Notes: generated from the letters alone by a model not told the origin. A stretch of DNA of 64,000 nt from Deltaproteobacteria bacterium (GCA_041309225.1 JBFYZZ010000152.1:6121-70120), one strand, 5' to 3'; shown: positions 39,189 through 51,440, counted from the stretch's first letter. Translations and numbers: made by a program.

Positions 39189-40001
39189 CTACTCCGCGAT
39201 GTCCACGTTCCCGGACTCGTCCACGGTCAGGGGCACGTCGCCGAACGGGGTGTCCACGTTGGTGACGGCATCGAGGCCGATCCGGACCGAGTCGCCCGTG
39301 AGGACGTCGTAGAGGGCTGAGATCACGCTCAGGTTGTCGATCGTGATGGGGAGCGGGACCACCCCGAGGGTGGCCCCCTCCACGCCGCCCAGATCGAGGA
39401 GGCCCGACGCCGCCTCGGTGCCCGCGAGCGAGACGGTGTAGTCGAAGTCGTTGAACCAGAGGGTGGAGCCGTGGTCGTTGTCGATGTCGAGGTCCAGCGC
39501 GAGCTCGATTGCGGAGAGCGTGAGGGACTCCACGCGGAGCTCCCCGAGGTCGATCGTGGGGGTGCGCAGGGCCGGGAAGTCGCCCCCCGCGTCGTAGGGC
39601 AGGTCCACCGCCCCTACGGGCGTGTCGAAGCCGAACGACCCGGTGAGGGCGAAGGGGACGGCGTCGTCGCCCCGCACCGCCTGGACCAGCTCGTAGACGC
39701 TCTCGAAGAGGAGGTCCACGGGGAGGGCCAGCTCGCTCGCGTCGTCGGCCAGGAGCACGAGTCCGTCGGGGTCGTCCCCGGAGAGGAGCTCCACGCCGCC
39801 GAGCGCGAGGCTGTAGTCGAACCGGGCGAGGGGGACCTCCACCGGGTTCGGGTTGTCCACGAGGAACACGAAGTCGGTGCTCACCTGCGTCCAGTTCACC
39901 GACTGCACGTCGAGGCGGTCGAACGTCACGGTGGGCAGGTAGGGATCGAGTTCGGAGCACCCTGAGAGGAGGGCGAGGAGGGGCAGCAGGCGATGGGACA
40001 C
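39189..40001 (-). CDS. lipoprotein with tandem LEA_2 (LEA14/WHy-like) domains
   Basis: ORF 39189..40040. Preferred start is GTG 40001 (GGGAGG upstream), giving VSHRLLPLLALLSGC (lipobox). There are two repeats of the pattern D..V..V....V....F.V.NPN...L....FDY.L...G. Confidence 0.75.
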   Translation of the reverse strand: MSHRLLPLLALLSGCSELDPYLPTVTFDRLDVQSVNWTQVSTDFVFLVDNPNPVEVPLARFDYSLALGGVELLSGDDPDGLVLLADDASELALPVDLLFESVYELVQAVRGDDAVPFALTGSFGFDTPVGAVDLPYDAGGDFPALRTPTIDLGELRVESLTLSAIELALDLDIDNDHGSTLWFNDFDYTVSLAGTEAASGLLDLGGVEGATLGVVPLPITIDNLSVISALYDVLTGDSVRIGLDAVTNVDTPFGDVPLTVDESGNVDIAE

Positions 40002-40155
40002 GGAGCCTCCCGGGAGACAGGAAGCGCAGGATAGCGCCACGGCGGCACGGCCGACAAGGGCAACGTACCCGACGGCCGCTGGCCGGATGTCGTGACGCTA
40101 CCTGTGCTTCCGTGGAGCTGCACCTCTGCGCCCGCATCTCCGCCACCCCGCTCCG

Positions 40156-41490
40156 TCAGGCGCCGATGGGGAGCCCGGCGATCACGAGCGTGCAGGCGTC
40201 CACGGCCCCGTAGCGCCCGTGGTCGGAGGCGATCTCCACCACGCGGCCGAGGAGGTCGCGCAGCGGGACGGAGAGCGACACCCCGAGGAGCCCCCCCTCG
40301 GCCTGGTGATCCCGGTAGACGAGGACGTCGCAGGCCGTCTCCAGCCGGCCCGTGGCGATGTCCACGGGATCGGGGCGGTGGAAGTTGTCGAGCACCACGT
40401 ACTCGCGGAGGTCCATGCCGATGGCGTTCCGCGTGCGGCTGCCCGGTCGGATTACGAGGTTGGAGGGGCGCACCTCGGTGCCGACGGTGTGCCCGGTGGG
40501 CGCGAGGCCCCGTGCCCGGGCCGTCCACGGATCCACGAAGAGGCCCGCGATCAGGCCCTCCCGGAGGACCACGACCGGTGCGGGGGGGACCCCGCGGTCG
40601 TCGAACGAGCGGCTCTCGAGCGCACCGGGCAGGCCCGGATCGTCGATGACGTGCAGGAGGGGGCTCGCGAGTCGCTGGCCGAGGAGCCCGGCCACGAAGG
40701 ACCGGCCTCCGAACACCGCCGGCGCGGCGAAGGCGGGTGCCATGGCGTTCACGAGGTGAGCGGTGCACGAGGGGCGCACGAGGATCGGCACCACGGTGCC
40801 GAAGGGCCGCGCCGGCTGGTGGAGGATGGCGAGGCGGCGCCCCAGCTCGAGGCCGAAGGGCACCGCGGCCAGGTTGGCGAACTGCCGGGTGGCGATCTCG
40901 CGGTGGTGAGCGCGTCCGGACGGCCCCATGCGGGCCGTGACGCGGGCGCGGTACCGGGTGGATCGCTCGTCGGCCGCGGTACCGCGCGTGCTGGCGAAGG
41001 CACGCAGGAGCCGGGCCTCCTCGTACACCACGGACTCCACCACGAGGCCCGGATCGACCTCCCGGCAGCCGTGCGCGTTGGCCTCCACGACCTCCAGGCG
41101 ATCCTCCATGCCGAGGGAGCGGTTGCGGCGGTCCTCCAGGGCCCGGCCCCGCGGATCGAGGTCGACCTTGTCCGCCGGGGCCGCGTGAGGATCCGGGGGG
41201 GCCTCCCTGGCCACAGCCAGGGCGGCATCCAACCGGCCCTCGGCGCGATCGAGCAGGACCGCGGCTTCGAGGGGACCCGGCATGAAGGCCTCGAACGGTG
41301 CACTGCGGCCACCCGCCAGGTAGACGCGGCCCACGATACGGGTCGCGACCTCGTCATCCGGCGGGGACACCCGGCCGTCGCGCCAGGCGAACGACAGGGA
41401 GTCGCCCTCCACGAGAAGGGCCTCGGCCCCCCGGGCTCCCTTCCGGACCGAGGCATCCATGAGGCGGGCGAGGAGGACGGGCGCGTCCAT
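40156..41490 (-). CDS. TldD/PmbA family metalloprotease-like protein
   Basis: 444 aa. Family-typical N-terminus (ARGAEALLVEGDSLSFAWRDGRV). C-terminal region: SFDDRGVPPAPVVVLREGLIAGLFVD..TGHTVG..PSNLVIRPG. Confidence 0.8.
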   Translation of the reverse strand: MDAPVLLARLMDASVRKGARGAEALLVEGDSLSFAWRDGRVSPPDDEVATRIVGRVYLAGGRSAPFEAFMPGPLEAAVLLDRAEGRLDAALAVAREAPPDPHAAPADKVDLDPRGRALEDRRNRSLGMEDRLEVVEANAHGCREVDPGLVVESVVYEEARLLRAFASTRGTAADERSTRYRARVTARMGPSGRAHHREIATRQFANLAAVPFGLELGRRLAILHQPARPFGTVVPILVRPSCTAHLVNAMAPAFAAPAVFGGRSFVAGLLGQRLASPLLHVIDDPGLPGALESRSFDDRGVPPAPVVVLREGLIAGLFVDPWTARARGLAPTGHTVGTEVRPSNLVIRPGSRTRNAIGMDLREYVVLDNFHRPDPVDIATGRLETACDVLVYRDHQAEGGLLGVSLSVPLRDLLGRVVEIASDHGRYGAVDACTLVIAGLPIGA

Positions 41491-41591
41491 GCGTGACCTC
41501 CGGGGCGCGCGGGGCGGTGGGCCACCGCGGGGAGGGGAGATAATGCGGGCCGCACCGGCCGTGCACCCCGACGTTCTCCCCAGGAGTCGCG

Positions 41592-42473
41592 ATGCGGAAC
41601 CGCGAACGCCGTCCCCGAAGGCTCGGAGCGCTGTTCCTGGTCCTCCTCGGCCCCGCCCTGCTCGCGGCCGCTCCGCCGGTCCAACCCGAGCGCATCGTGG
41701 CGGTGGGCGATCTCCACGGCGACGCCGTCGCCGCCCGCACGGCGCTCGGCCTCGCGGGCCTGGTGGGGCCCGACGACCGCTGGCGGGGCGGGCAGACGGT
41801 CCTCGTCCAGACGGGCGACGTGATGGACCGGGCGGACGACGTCCGCACCCTCATCGACCTCCTCGACCGCCTCGAGGAGGAGGCCGAGGCGGCGGGCGGC
41901 CGCGTCGTCGCGCTCCTGGGCAACCACGAGATCATGAACCTGAAGGGCGACTTCCTGTCGGTGACCGCCGGCGATCGGGCCGCCTTCGGGGGCGCGGAGG
42001 CCCGGCGGCAGGCCCTCTCGGCCGGCGGTGCGTACGGACGCCGACTGAGGAGCCTCGACGCCGTCGTGCAGATCGGCGACACGGTCTTCGTGCACGCCGG
42101 CATCGGCCGGGCCTGGGCCTCCCTGGGGGTGGCGGGCATCAACGACGCCGTCCATCGGGCCCTCGCCGCGGGGGGAGGCCCCGTCCTGGAGCGGGACGGG
42201 CCGCTCTGGTACCGGGGCTACTTCCGGAACGACGAGGCCCAGGCCTGTGCCGAGGCTTCGGAGGTGCTCCGGACGCTCGGCGCTCGGCGCATGGTCATGG
42301 GTCATACGGTGCAGGACGGCGGCCGCCCGGTCGCCCGGTGCAAGGGCGCCATCGTGGGCATCGACACGGGGGCCTCCCAGGCCCTGCGGGGCCGGCCCTC
42401 CGCCCTGGAGATCCTCCGGGGCGACGCCCGGGCCCTCGTACCCGAGGGCGTGGTGGACCTGCCGGATCCCTGA
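41592..42473 (+). CDS. calcineurin-like metallophosphoesterase, exported
   Basis: 293 aa with a signal peptide. Motifs IVAVGDLHGD, VQTGDVMDR, LLGNHE, VFVHAG, MVMGHT. Confidence 0.85.
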   Translation: MRNRERRPRRLGALFLVLLGPALLAAAPPVQPERIVAVGDLHGDAVAARTALGLAGLVGPDDRWRGGQTVLVQTGDVMDRADDVRTLIDLLDRLEEEAEAAGGRVVALLGNHEIMNLKGDFLSVTAGDRAAFGGAEARRQALSAGGAYGRRLRSLDAVVQIGDTVFVHAGIGRAWASLGVAGINDAVHRALAAGGGPVLERDGPLWYRGYFRNDEAQACAEASEVLRTLGARRMVMGHTVQDGGRPVARCKGAIVGIDTGASQALRGRPSALEILRGDARALVPEGVVDLPDP

Positions 42474-42474
42474 A

Positions 42475-43749
42475 TCAGGCCGCCTTCCGGGCCGGCTTCA
42501 CCATCGCGATGATGCCCGTGGCCACGAGGCAGAGGATGCCGCAGATCGTGAACGCCAGGGGGAAGTTCTTGAGGTCGCCGAGCTTGCCGCCCAGGATGGG
42601 GCCGAAGATGCCACCGATGCCGTAGGCGAGGAAGACCCAGCCGTAGTTCTGGCCGACGAACCGGTTGCCGAACGTGTCGGACGTGATGGCAGGGAAGAGC
42701 GCGAAGTTGCCGCCGAAGTTGAAGCCGATGAGGACGGCGAACAGGTAGAGCGTGGCCGGCGTGCCGGCCATCCACTGGAACAGGATGACGAACACGCCCT
42801 GGGTGGCGTACATGACCACGAGCGCGGTCTTCCGCCCGATACGGTCACTCACCATCCCCCAGAGGATACGGCCCATGCCGTTCGCCAGGGCGAAGAAGAC
42901 GCCCATGGCCATGGTCGCGACGGCGCTCGCAGTCGCCGTGTCCATCCCGCGGGCCTGGAGGGCGTCCATCGGGAAGAGCTTCATCAGGCCGATGCTCATG
43001 AGGCCGGCCGAGGCGCCGCAGGCGAAGGTCAGGAGGATCATGTAGTACTGGGGCGTTCGGAGCATCTCGGACGAGGTGAAGTCCAGGGCGCCCGCGGCAG
43101 GCGCGCCGGTGGCCCCGGCCACCGGGGGATTCCAGCCTTCGGGCTTCCATCCATCTGGCGGCCACCGCATCCAGATGGCACCGACGAGGCAGACCAGGGC
43201 GTAGGTGACGCCGTAGACCATCCAGGTCCGGTCGAGGCCGAGGGTGGCGAGGAAGTGGCCGCCCCCGAGCTTGCCCAGCGAGTCGGCGAGGGTCATCCAC
43301 AGGGTGGACCCGAACCCGAACCCCGCCACGGCAAGGCCCGACACGAGGCCCTTCTTGTCCGGGAACCAGCGCATGCCGACCGCGATCGGGACGACGTACC
43401 CGAGCCCGATCCCGCTGCCGCCCACCACGCCCACCAGGAGGAGGGTGGACCAGAAGTGGGTGCCGCCCAGGAGGCCCGCCAGGAAGTAGCCGCCGCCGAG
43501 GACCAGGCCGCCGGCGATGGCCAGTCTCCGTGGACCGACCTTGGGCATCATGCGACCCGCGATCACCATCACGATGGCGAAGAAGGCCAGCCCGGCCGAG
43601 AACACCCACTGGGTCTCGGTCTTGGACCACCCGGCCTCGGTCAGGACCTTCGTGTACACCGACCAGGCGTAGATGGCTCCCAGGCAGAACTGGATCAGGA
43701 TGGCGCCGACCACGACCAGCCAGCGGTTCTGGACCTTCTGTACCGACAC
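42475..43749 (-). CDS. MFS transporter, oxalate/formate antiporter (OFA) family-like
   Basis: 424 aa, GTG start with GGAGG upstream, about 12 TM segments. N-terminus RWLVVVGAILIQFCLGAIYAWSVY is typical of the OFA family. Confidence 0.85.
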   Translation of the reverse strand: MSVQKVQNRWLVVVGAILIQFCLGAIYAWSVYTKVLTEAGWSKTETQWVFSAGLAFFAIVMVIAGRMMPKVGPRRLAIAGGLVLGGGYFLAGLLGGTHFWSTLLLVGVVGGSGIGLGYVVPIAVGMRWFPDKKGLVSGLAVAGFGFGSTLWMTLADSLGKLGGGHFLATLGLDRTWMVYGVTYALVCLVGAIWMRWPPDGWKPEGWNPPVAGATGAPAAGALDFTSSEMLRTPQYYMILLTFACGASAGLMSIGLMKLFPMDALQARGMDTATASAVATMAMGVFFALANGMGRILWGMVSDRIGRKTALVVMYATQGVFVILFQWMAGTPATLYLFAVLIGFNFGGNFALFPAITSDTFGNRFVGQNYGWVFLAYGIGGIFGPILGGKLGDLKNFPLAFTICGILCLVATGIIAMVKPARKAA

Positions 43750-43887
43750 GGTGACCTCCGGAGGAACGGGATGCAGCTCGAGCGTGGAGAAGGGGCTCAG
43801 CTACCCCGATCCGCTCGCCGATTCAAAGCGATCGTGGCGGGTTGCCCGCGGGATTCGAGCCCTTGCACACCCCGCTCCCGAACGCAC

Positions 43888-43921
43888 GGAGGCTGCGGCC
43901 CCTCGCGGGACCGCAGCCTCC
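43888..43921 (-). terminator. stem-loop downstream of acs
   Basis: ggaggctgcgg-N12-ccgcagcctcc is an 11-bp stem lying 15 nt after the acs stop at 43936. Confidence 0.5.
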
Positions 43922-43935
43922 AGGAGATCCATGGG

Positions 43936-45927
<1,992 letters not shown>

Positions 45928-46322
45928 GCCGCTTCCTCTTGGTGGGGGTTTTTTCGGAAAGTCATCTTTGAAGCCCAGAAATACGCCTTCTAGTCCATCC
46001 GGGCCTGGGGACGGGTAAAAGGCTCGTCCGTTATCTCCCGCTCCCCGTGCCGTCAAGGATCGAGCGGCCCGTAGAATGCCCGTCGGCATCGGATGCGGCG
46101 CAGGTTCGGTTCGGATCGTCGGAGGGGACGGCCCGGGGGGGCGTTCGGGGAGTGGCCGGGTGCCGGGCGTGGAGCGGAAGGCGAGCCCCGTTCCACCCAC
46201 CCGCTGCGGCCCCCCCCCCGGAGAGTGCGTGGCTGACGGCACGGCACGGGAATCGGGCGGTCGCCCTGCCCGCTTGCCTGGGCCGTCCCGTGGGGTATGG
46301 GACACGGGACCCGGCGTCCTCC

Positions 46323-49300
46323 ATGGCCCTGAAGATCACCTGCCCCGCGTGCGGGATCGCCTACACGCTCCGGGACCCGCTCCCGGCGCCCGGGACCGTG
46401 CTCCACTGCCGGTGCGGGCAGGCCATGGCGGTGCGGTACCCGCCGGGGGTTCTCCGCCCGCCGGTGCAGGACGAGGAGCCCACGCGCCCCACCGAGCCCG
46501 CCACGGCGCCCACGAGTGCCCGGGAGAGGCCGGTGGTGGCCCCGCCACCCCGTCCCTCCCCTCCACCCCCTCCTCCGCCCCGATCGGCGGCGCGTCCCCC
46601 GCCATCGCCCATGCCGCCGCGGCCGGCGGCGCGTCCCCCCCCAACCCCCGTGCCGGAGCGCCGCCGATCCGGGCGTCGGGCCCTCCGGGCGCTCCTGGCG
46701 ATCCCCGTGCTCGTCGCCCTCGGGATCCTGGCGATCGTCACGGTCTTCTGGTGGCTCGGACGGGACCTCCCCACGCTCGGGACCCTCGCCACGTACCGGC
46801 CGCCCACGGTCACGGTGGTCTACGACGTCGAGGGGCGCCTGTTGGGCGAGATCTACGAAAAGCGGCGCTATGTCGTCCCGCTCGAGCAGATCCCCGGGCA
46901 CGTCCAGGACGCCTTCGTGGCGTCGGAGGACGCCTCCTTCTGGACGCACGGCGGGGTCGACCCGATGGGCATCGTGCGGGCCGTGGGCCGCAACGCCTTG
47001 CGGTTCAAGAAGGCGCAGGGCGCCTCCACCATCACGCAGCAGGTGGCGCGCAACTTCCTCCTGTCCAGCGAAAAGCGCTACTCCAGGAAGATCAGGGAGA
47101 TCATCCTCGCCCGGCGCATCGAGCAGGCCTTTTCCAAGGAACGGATCCTCTACCTGTACCTCAACCAGATCTACCTGGGATCCGGGGCCTACGGCGTGGA
47201 GGCGGCGGCCCGCACCTACTTCGACAAGCACGTCCAGGACCTCACGCTCGCCGAGGCCGCCATCCTGGCCGGCCTGCCCCAGCGCCCCAGCGACTACTCC
47301 CCCATGCGGGACTGGCAGGCCGCACGCACGCGGCAGGAGTACGTCCTCGACCAGATGCTGGACAAGGGCTTCATCGACCGGGCCACCCGACAGGCGGCCC
47401 TCGACGCGGTGGTCCCGATCTCCCGGCGCCGCAACGAGTTCCTCGTCCAGGCCCCCTGGTTCACGGAGCACGTCCGGCGGTACCTGGTGGAGACCTACGG
47501 CTTCGACAAGGTCTACAACGACGGCCTCGAGGTCCGCAGCACCTGCGACCTCGACCTCCAGAAGGTCGCCCAGGAATCCGTCGTCCGGCGGGTCCTGGAG
47601 GCGGACAACCTCGTCGGCTGGCGCGGGCCGCTCGAGCACCTCGAGTCCGAGGAGGCCATCCGGGCCCGCCTCGACGCCGAGGAGCGGGCCCTGTGCGAGG
47701 CCTGGTCCGAGCGGAACCTGCGCGTGGCCGCCAGGGACGGTGGTCTGGGGGGCCACGATCCCGTGCCGGAGCGCTCGGTCCTGGAGGTCGGCGAGCGGTA
47801 CACCGCGGTCGTCCTCGAGGCCCGCCAGAAGCACCTGGTGGTGGGCATCGGCGCCCACCGGGGCCTGGTCCCCCGCTCGTGGACGGCCTGGTCCTACAAG
47901 CCCGACGCATCTCGCATCGCCAAGTACCGCGAGCAGGACGACCTCACCCGGGCGTTCTCCCGGGGCGACGTCGTGGAGGTCACGGTGGAGGCGCTCTCCT
48001 CCGGGAGCGTGAAGGAGTTGGCCGGCTACGGAGAGGCGGGCCCGGGCCCCTTCGTGGCCGCCCGCATCTACCAGGCCCCGGCGCTCGAAGGCGCCTTCCT
48101 CCTGTGGCGCCTCTCGGACGGCGGCGTGCTGTCCATGGTAGGCGGGTACGACTTCGAGAAGACCGAGTTCAACCGGGCGGTCCAGGCCCGACGGCAGGTG
48201 GGGTCCACCTTCAAGCCCATCGTGTACGCGGCCGCCATCGGCACCCGCGAGGTGAGCTCGGCCACCGTGATCCAGGACGCTCCGCTCGTCTTCAACACCC
48301 TCAACGACAAGCTCTGGAAGCCTTCCAACTACGGCGAGGAGTACCTGGGCAACATCACACTGCGCCGGGCGCTCCAGCTCTCGCGCAACGTCTGCACCGT
48401 GCGGGTGCTCGACCGGACCGGCCTGGAGCCGGTGTTCCAGCTGGCAGGTCCCAGGCTGCGGATCGGGTACGACCGCCCCACCTGCAGCCGCACCCACATC
48501 CGCGAGGACGCCGAGTGCGGGGGCACCCGCACCCCGTCCCCGGTCAAGGGCATGTCCTGGTGTGAGGCGTGCGATCCCACGTCGTGCCCGCGCGTGGAAC
48601 GGACCGACCGGATCACCTGCCTCGACGAGCCGGCAGTGGAGGGCGGTCGGACCTGGTGCCGGTCCTGCGACGTGAACCTGCGGGTCTGCCCCTGGATCCG
48701 GCTGGAGGAGATGCCCGCCGGCGATCCCTGCACCGACGCCCGCCAGGACGCCGAGGGCCGCACGGTGTGCCGCGTCTGCGACCTCTCGGTGGGCCTCGGA
48801 TCCTCGTCGCTCACCATGGTCGAGCTGACCCGGGCCTACACCGCCTTCGCCACCGGCGGACAACTCGTGGAGCCGCACTGGATCGACCAGGTGGTGGACC
48901 GGGACGGCACCGTCATCGAGGCCTGGACGGCCCCCACGGCGTGGCCGGAGGCGCTGGAGCCCGGGGTGGCCAGCGTGGTGCACTGGATGCTGCGGGAGGT
49001 GGCCACCGGAGGCACCGCCGCGGCCACCAACCGCCTCGGGTTCGAGGTGGCGGGCAAGACCGGGACCACCAACGACTTCTTCGACGCCTGGTTCGTGGGC
49101 TACAACCCCGAGATCATCGGGTGTTCCTGGGTTGGTTTCGACCAGCCGAAGTCCATGGGCCTCTCCTTCACGGGGGGCCACACCGCGCTGCCCATCTGGA
49201 TGGACGTCCTGAAGGCGGCCGTCCCGAAAGCCGGGGCGCCGCGCTTCGGCCCCCTCACCGGCGTGGTCACCGTCCCCATCGACGAGGCCACCGGCCGCGT

Positions 49301-49409
49301 GGCCACGGGCGGGCGTCCCTACCCCATGCTGCCCGGCACGGCACCCTCGGAGCTGGGCGGGGAGGTGGGGCAGAAGACCGCCGAGGACCTCCTCAACACC
49401 GACTTCTGA
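46323..49409 (+). CDS. mrcA: penicillin-binding protein 1A (bifunctional glycosyltransferase/transpeptidase) with N-terminal zinc ribbon and Cys-rich insert
   Basis: ORF 46047..49409 trimmed to ATG 46323. N-terminal zinc ribbon: [23 protein letters not shown] Pro-rich linker and a TM segment follow. GT51 motifs: [37 protein letters not shown]. Transpeptidase motifs: GSTFKP, SRN, KTGTTND. Confidence 0.92.
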   Translation: MALKITCPACGIAYTLRDPLPAPGTVLHCRCGQAMAVRYPPGVLRPPVQDEEPTRPTEPATAPTSARERPVVAPPPRPSPPPPPPPRSAARPPPSPMPPRPAARPPPTPVPERRRSGRRALRALLAIPVLVALGILAIVTVFWWLGRDLPTLGTLATYRPPTVTVVYDVEGRLLGEIYEKRRYVVPLEQIPGHVQDAFVASEDASFWTHGGVDPMGIVRAVGRNALRFKKAQGASTITQQVARNFLLSSEKRYSRKIREIILARRIEQAFSKERILYLYLNQIYLGSGAYGVEAAARTYFDKHVQDLTLAEAAILAGLPQRPSDYSPMRDWQAARTRQEYVLDQMLDKGFIDRATRQAALDAVVPISRRRNEFLVQAPWFTEHVRRYLVETYGFDKVYNDGLEVRSTCDLDLQKVAQESVVRRVLEADNLVGWRGPLEHLESEEAIRARLDAEERALCEAWSERNLRVAARDGGLGGHDPVPERSVLEVGERYTAVVLEARQKHLVVGIGAHRGLVPRSWTAWSYKPDASRIAKYREQDDLTRAFSRGDVVEVTVEALSSGSVKELAGYGEAGPGPFVAARIYQAPALEGAFLLWRLSDGGVLSMVGGYDFEKTEFNRAVQARRQVGSTFKPIVYAAAIGTREVSSATVIQDAPLVFNTLNDKLWKPSNYGEEYLGNITLRRALQLSRNVCTVRVLDRTGLEPVFQLAGPRLRIGYDRPTCSRTHIREDAECGGTRTPSPVKGMSWCEACDPTSCPRVERTDRITCLDEPAVEGGRTWCRSCDVNLRVCPWIRLEEMPAGDPCTDARQDAEGRTVCRVCDLSVGLGSSSLTMVELTRAYTAFATGGQLVEPHWIDQVVDRDGTVIEAWTAPTAWPEALEPGVASVVHWMLREVATGGTAAATNRLGFEVAGKTGTTNDFFDAWFVGYNPEIIGCSWVGFDQPKSMGLSFTGGHTALPIWMDVLKAAVPKAGAPRFGPLTGVVTVPIDEATGRVATGGRPYPMLPGTAPSELGGEVGQKTAEDLLNTDF

Positions 49410-49420
49410 AAGGATCGCCC

Positions 49421-50323
49421 ATGTCCCTCGCCCCGCTCGCCCTCGCCCTCGCGCTCGGAGCCTGCTCCCAGGAAGCGCCTCCACCCGCGCCCCCGCCCGA
49501 AGCCCCCGCGATCGCAGAGCCCGTGTGGAAGGCCGTAGTGGTCTTCGACCCGGATGGAGATCCCACCTTCCGCGCCCACACCCAGGACATCGTGCGCGCC
49601 GGCACCAGGCTCGGGGTGTACGTCACCCTCTTCGCCGGGCCCGACGGCGCTCGGGTGCCGATCCTCGGGGATCCGCAGGCGGACGGTACGCTCGAGGTCA
49701 TCCACATGCTCGACCTGTCCACCATCACCACCGCACGGGCCGGCTGGCTCCTGGCCGAGAACGGGAAGACGCCGCTCTTCCAGGATCCCGGCACCCGCTC
49801 CGAGTTCGCGGCGGCGGCCAGCCGCTACTTCGGCCAGGACTTCGTCCGGGCCATGCCCTGGCGTGTGGTCATCGGCATCGATCGCACCCCGGAGGCGGAC
49901 TTCGAGCTCCACCTGGACAAGATCGGCAAGGTCGTGGAGGACGCCGAGGTCCACGTCGTCCCGTGGCGCAAGAACGATCCCACGCCCGTGCGGTTCCCGG
50001 CGGAGGCCGAGGACGCCCACACCCTCGACCCCACCACCATGACCCAGGCCCAGACCGGCTGGATCTTCGCCGAGGAAGGGCGGACCCCCCTGTACCAGCC
50101 CCCCGCCAGGATCGACGAGGTGCTCAAGGCCGCCGTCCGGTACTTCCGGCTCGGCAAGGGGGCCGGGCTCGGGCTCGCGCTGCGCCCGGAGGGCCTGGGC
50201 GGTACACCCCGGCTGGTCCGGGGCGCTCGGGGCGGTCGCGCCGGCATCCGGGGCCTTCGACAGGGGGGGGCTGGGCGCCGGGAAGCCGCGCCGCCCGCGG
50301 GCGGCGAGGAGGCGGAGCCCTGA
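49421..50323 (+). CDS. lipoprotein with an internal duplication
   Basis: Tail of ORF 48569..50323, starting at ATG 49421. MSLAPLALALALGAC (lipobox). Two related modules end GWLLAENGKTPLFQDPGTRSEFAAAASRYFG and GWIFAEEGRTPLYQPPARIDEVLKAAVRYFR. The last ~50 aa are low-complexity and Gly/Arg-rich. Confidence 0.6.
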   Translation: MSLAPLALALALGACSQEAPPPAPPPEAPAIAEPVWKAVVVFDPDGDPTFRAHTQDIVRAGTRLGVYVTLFAGPDGARVPILGDPQADGTLEVIHMLDLSTITTARAGWLLAENGKTPLFQDPGTRSEFAAAASRYFGQDFVRAMPWRVVIGIDRTPEADFELHLDKIGKVVEDAEVHVVPWRKNDPTPVRFPAEAEDAHTLDPTTMTQAQTGWIFAEEGRTPLYQPPARIDEVLKAAVRYFRLGKGAGLGLALRPEGLGGTPRLVRGARGGRAGIRGLRQGGAGRREAAPPAGGEEAEP

Positions 50324-50368
50324 CACGACCGGTTCCGCCGCTCGCGGCGGGCCCGCTCGGGTGCCGGC

Positions 50369-50695
50369 TTAAAACCCGAGGAACCAGGCGGCGGCGAACC
50401 CTGCGAGGACGCCCGCCAGCGCCACCGCCGTACGGGCGGGGGGCGGCAGCACCTGGGGGTCCCCCCGCTCCCGGCGCAGGCGGCGGCCCAGGGTCCAGGC
50501 CGCGAAGCCGGGGAGGCAGAGGACCAGCAGGAGCGTGCCCGCCACGACGAGCCCCGGACCCACGGGCCCGCCCCGGAGCGCGGAGGCGGCGTCCAGCGCG
50601 AGGAAGCCCGTCACGAGGCCGATCCCCGCGCCGAGGCCGCCAAGGGCCAGGATCTCCAGCAGCGAGGCGGTGTGGGAGAGGCCGGGTGGGAGCAC
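50369..50695 (-). CDS. small integral membrane protein
   Basis: ORF 50369..50872 trimmed to GTG 50695, giving 108 aa. Three hydrophobic segments, good GC3 bias, TAA stop. No family recognised. Confidence 0.45.
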   Translation of the reverse strand: MLPPGLSHTASLLEILALGGLGAGIGLVTGFLALDAASALRGGPVGPGLVVAGTLLLVLCLPGFAAWTLGRRLRRERGDPQVLPPPARTAVALAGVLAGFAAAWFLGF

Positions 50696-50810
50696 GAATC
50701 GGGACCTCCACGGGCCAGGGTAGCACGGAGGGTGGGTCTGGCGGCGAGCGGGCCGGAGCCGTATACTCGCCGGGTATCCGGCACAGTTCGCCCCGAGGAA
50801 AGGAGACCGC

Positions 50811-51440
50811 ATGATCCCGCTCGTCCTGATCGCGCTGTTCGCCTCGTCCGACGCCCGAGCCGCCACCGGCATGTGGGGGGTCGGGCCCCGGATCGGGAGC
50901 TTCGTGATTCCCGGTCGGTTCCCAGGGGCGTGGCCCGGCAGGGTGGCGGACGACGATGCCCTCGAGAAGGTCGGCGGAGACGTGATCCTGGGTGCCGAGG
51001 GCGACTACTGGGCCAACCCCACCAACCGCTTCGGCGCGCTGGCCGGGCTCGACCTGGGGGCCGACTACTTGAACGCCCACCTCCTGCTCAAGTACGACCG
51101 CATCGTTCCGTTCGAGGACCTCGACGGGTTCGTCGGCGGCGGCGCAGGCGTGTCCACGCACCGCTGGTCCAGCGACACCGAGGCCTCCCTGAAGGTTCCG
51201 GCCTACCCGCTGCGCGGCGAGGCGGGCGTGCTGCTGCGCAGAGGGTCGACGGCCTGGCAGGTCCTGATCCACGCCCAGTACGACATCCCGGGCGCGTCCA
51301 CCTACGTCGACGCCGAGGGCGAGGAGGAGGACGTGGGCTGGGGCCTCTACCTCCAGATGGGAGCGGAGCTGTCCGTGCTGTTCGGCGACTTCACGCCACC
51401 CCGGCGGCGGGACGACGACACCCGGCGGCGCCGCGACTGA
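50811..51440 (+). CDS. exported beta-rich hypothetical protein (possible OM barrel)
   Basis: 209 aa. AGGAG upstream. Signal peptide MIPLVLIALFASSDARA. Basic tail RRRDDDTRRRRD. Confidence 0.6.
   Translation: MIPLVLIALFASSDARAATGMWGVGPRIGSFVIPGRFPGAWPGRVADDDALEKVGGDVILGAEGDYWANPTNRFGALAGLDLGADYLNAHLLLKYDRIVPFEDLDGFVGGGAGVSTHRWSSDTEASLKVPAYPLRGEAGVLLRRGSTAWQVLIHAQYDIPGASTYVDAEGEEEDVGWGLYLQMGAELSVLFGDFTPPRRRDDDTRRRRD

Noticed and set aside
46090-46130. tRNA/tmRNA-like T-arm (ggttcggttcggatc) in the acs-PBP1A intergenic region
   Set aside because: No flanking acceptor, D or anticodon stems could be built, and there is no CCA-proximal pairing. It is probably a chance match.
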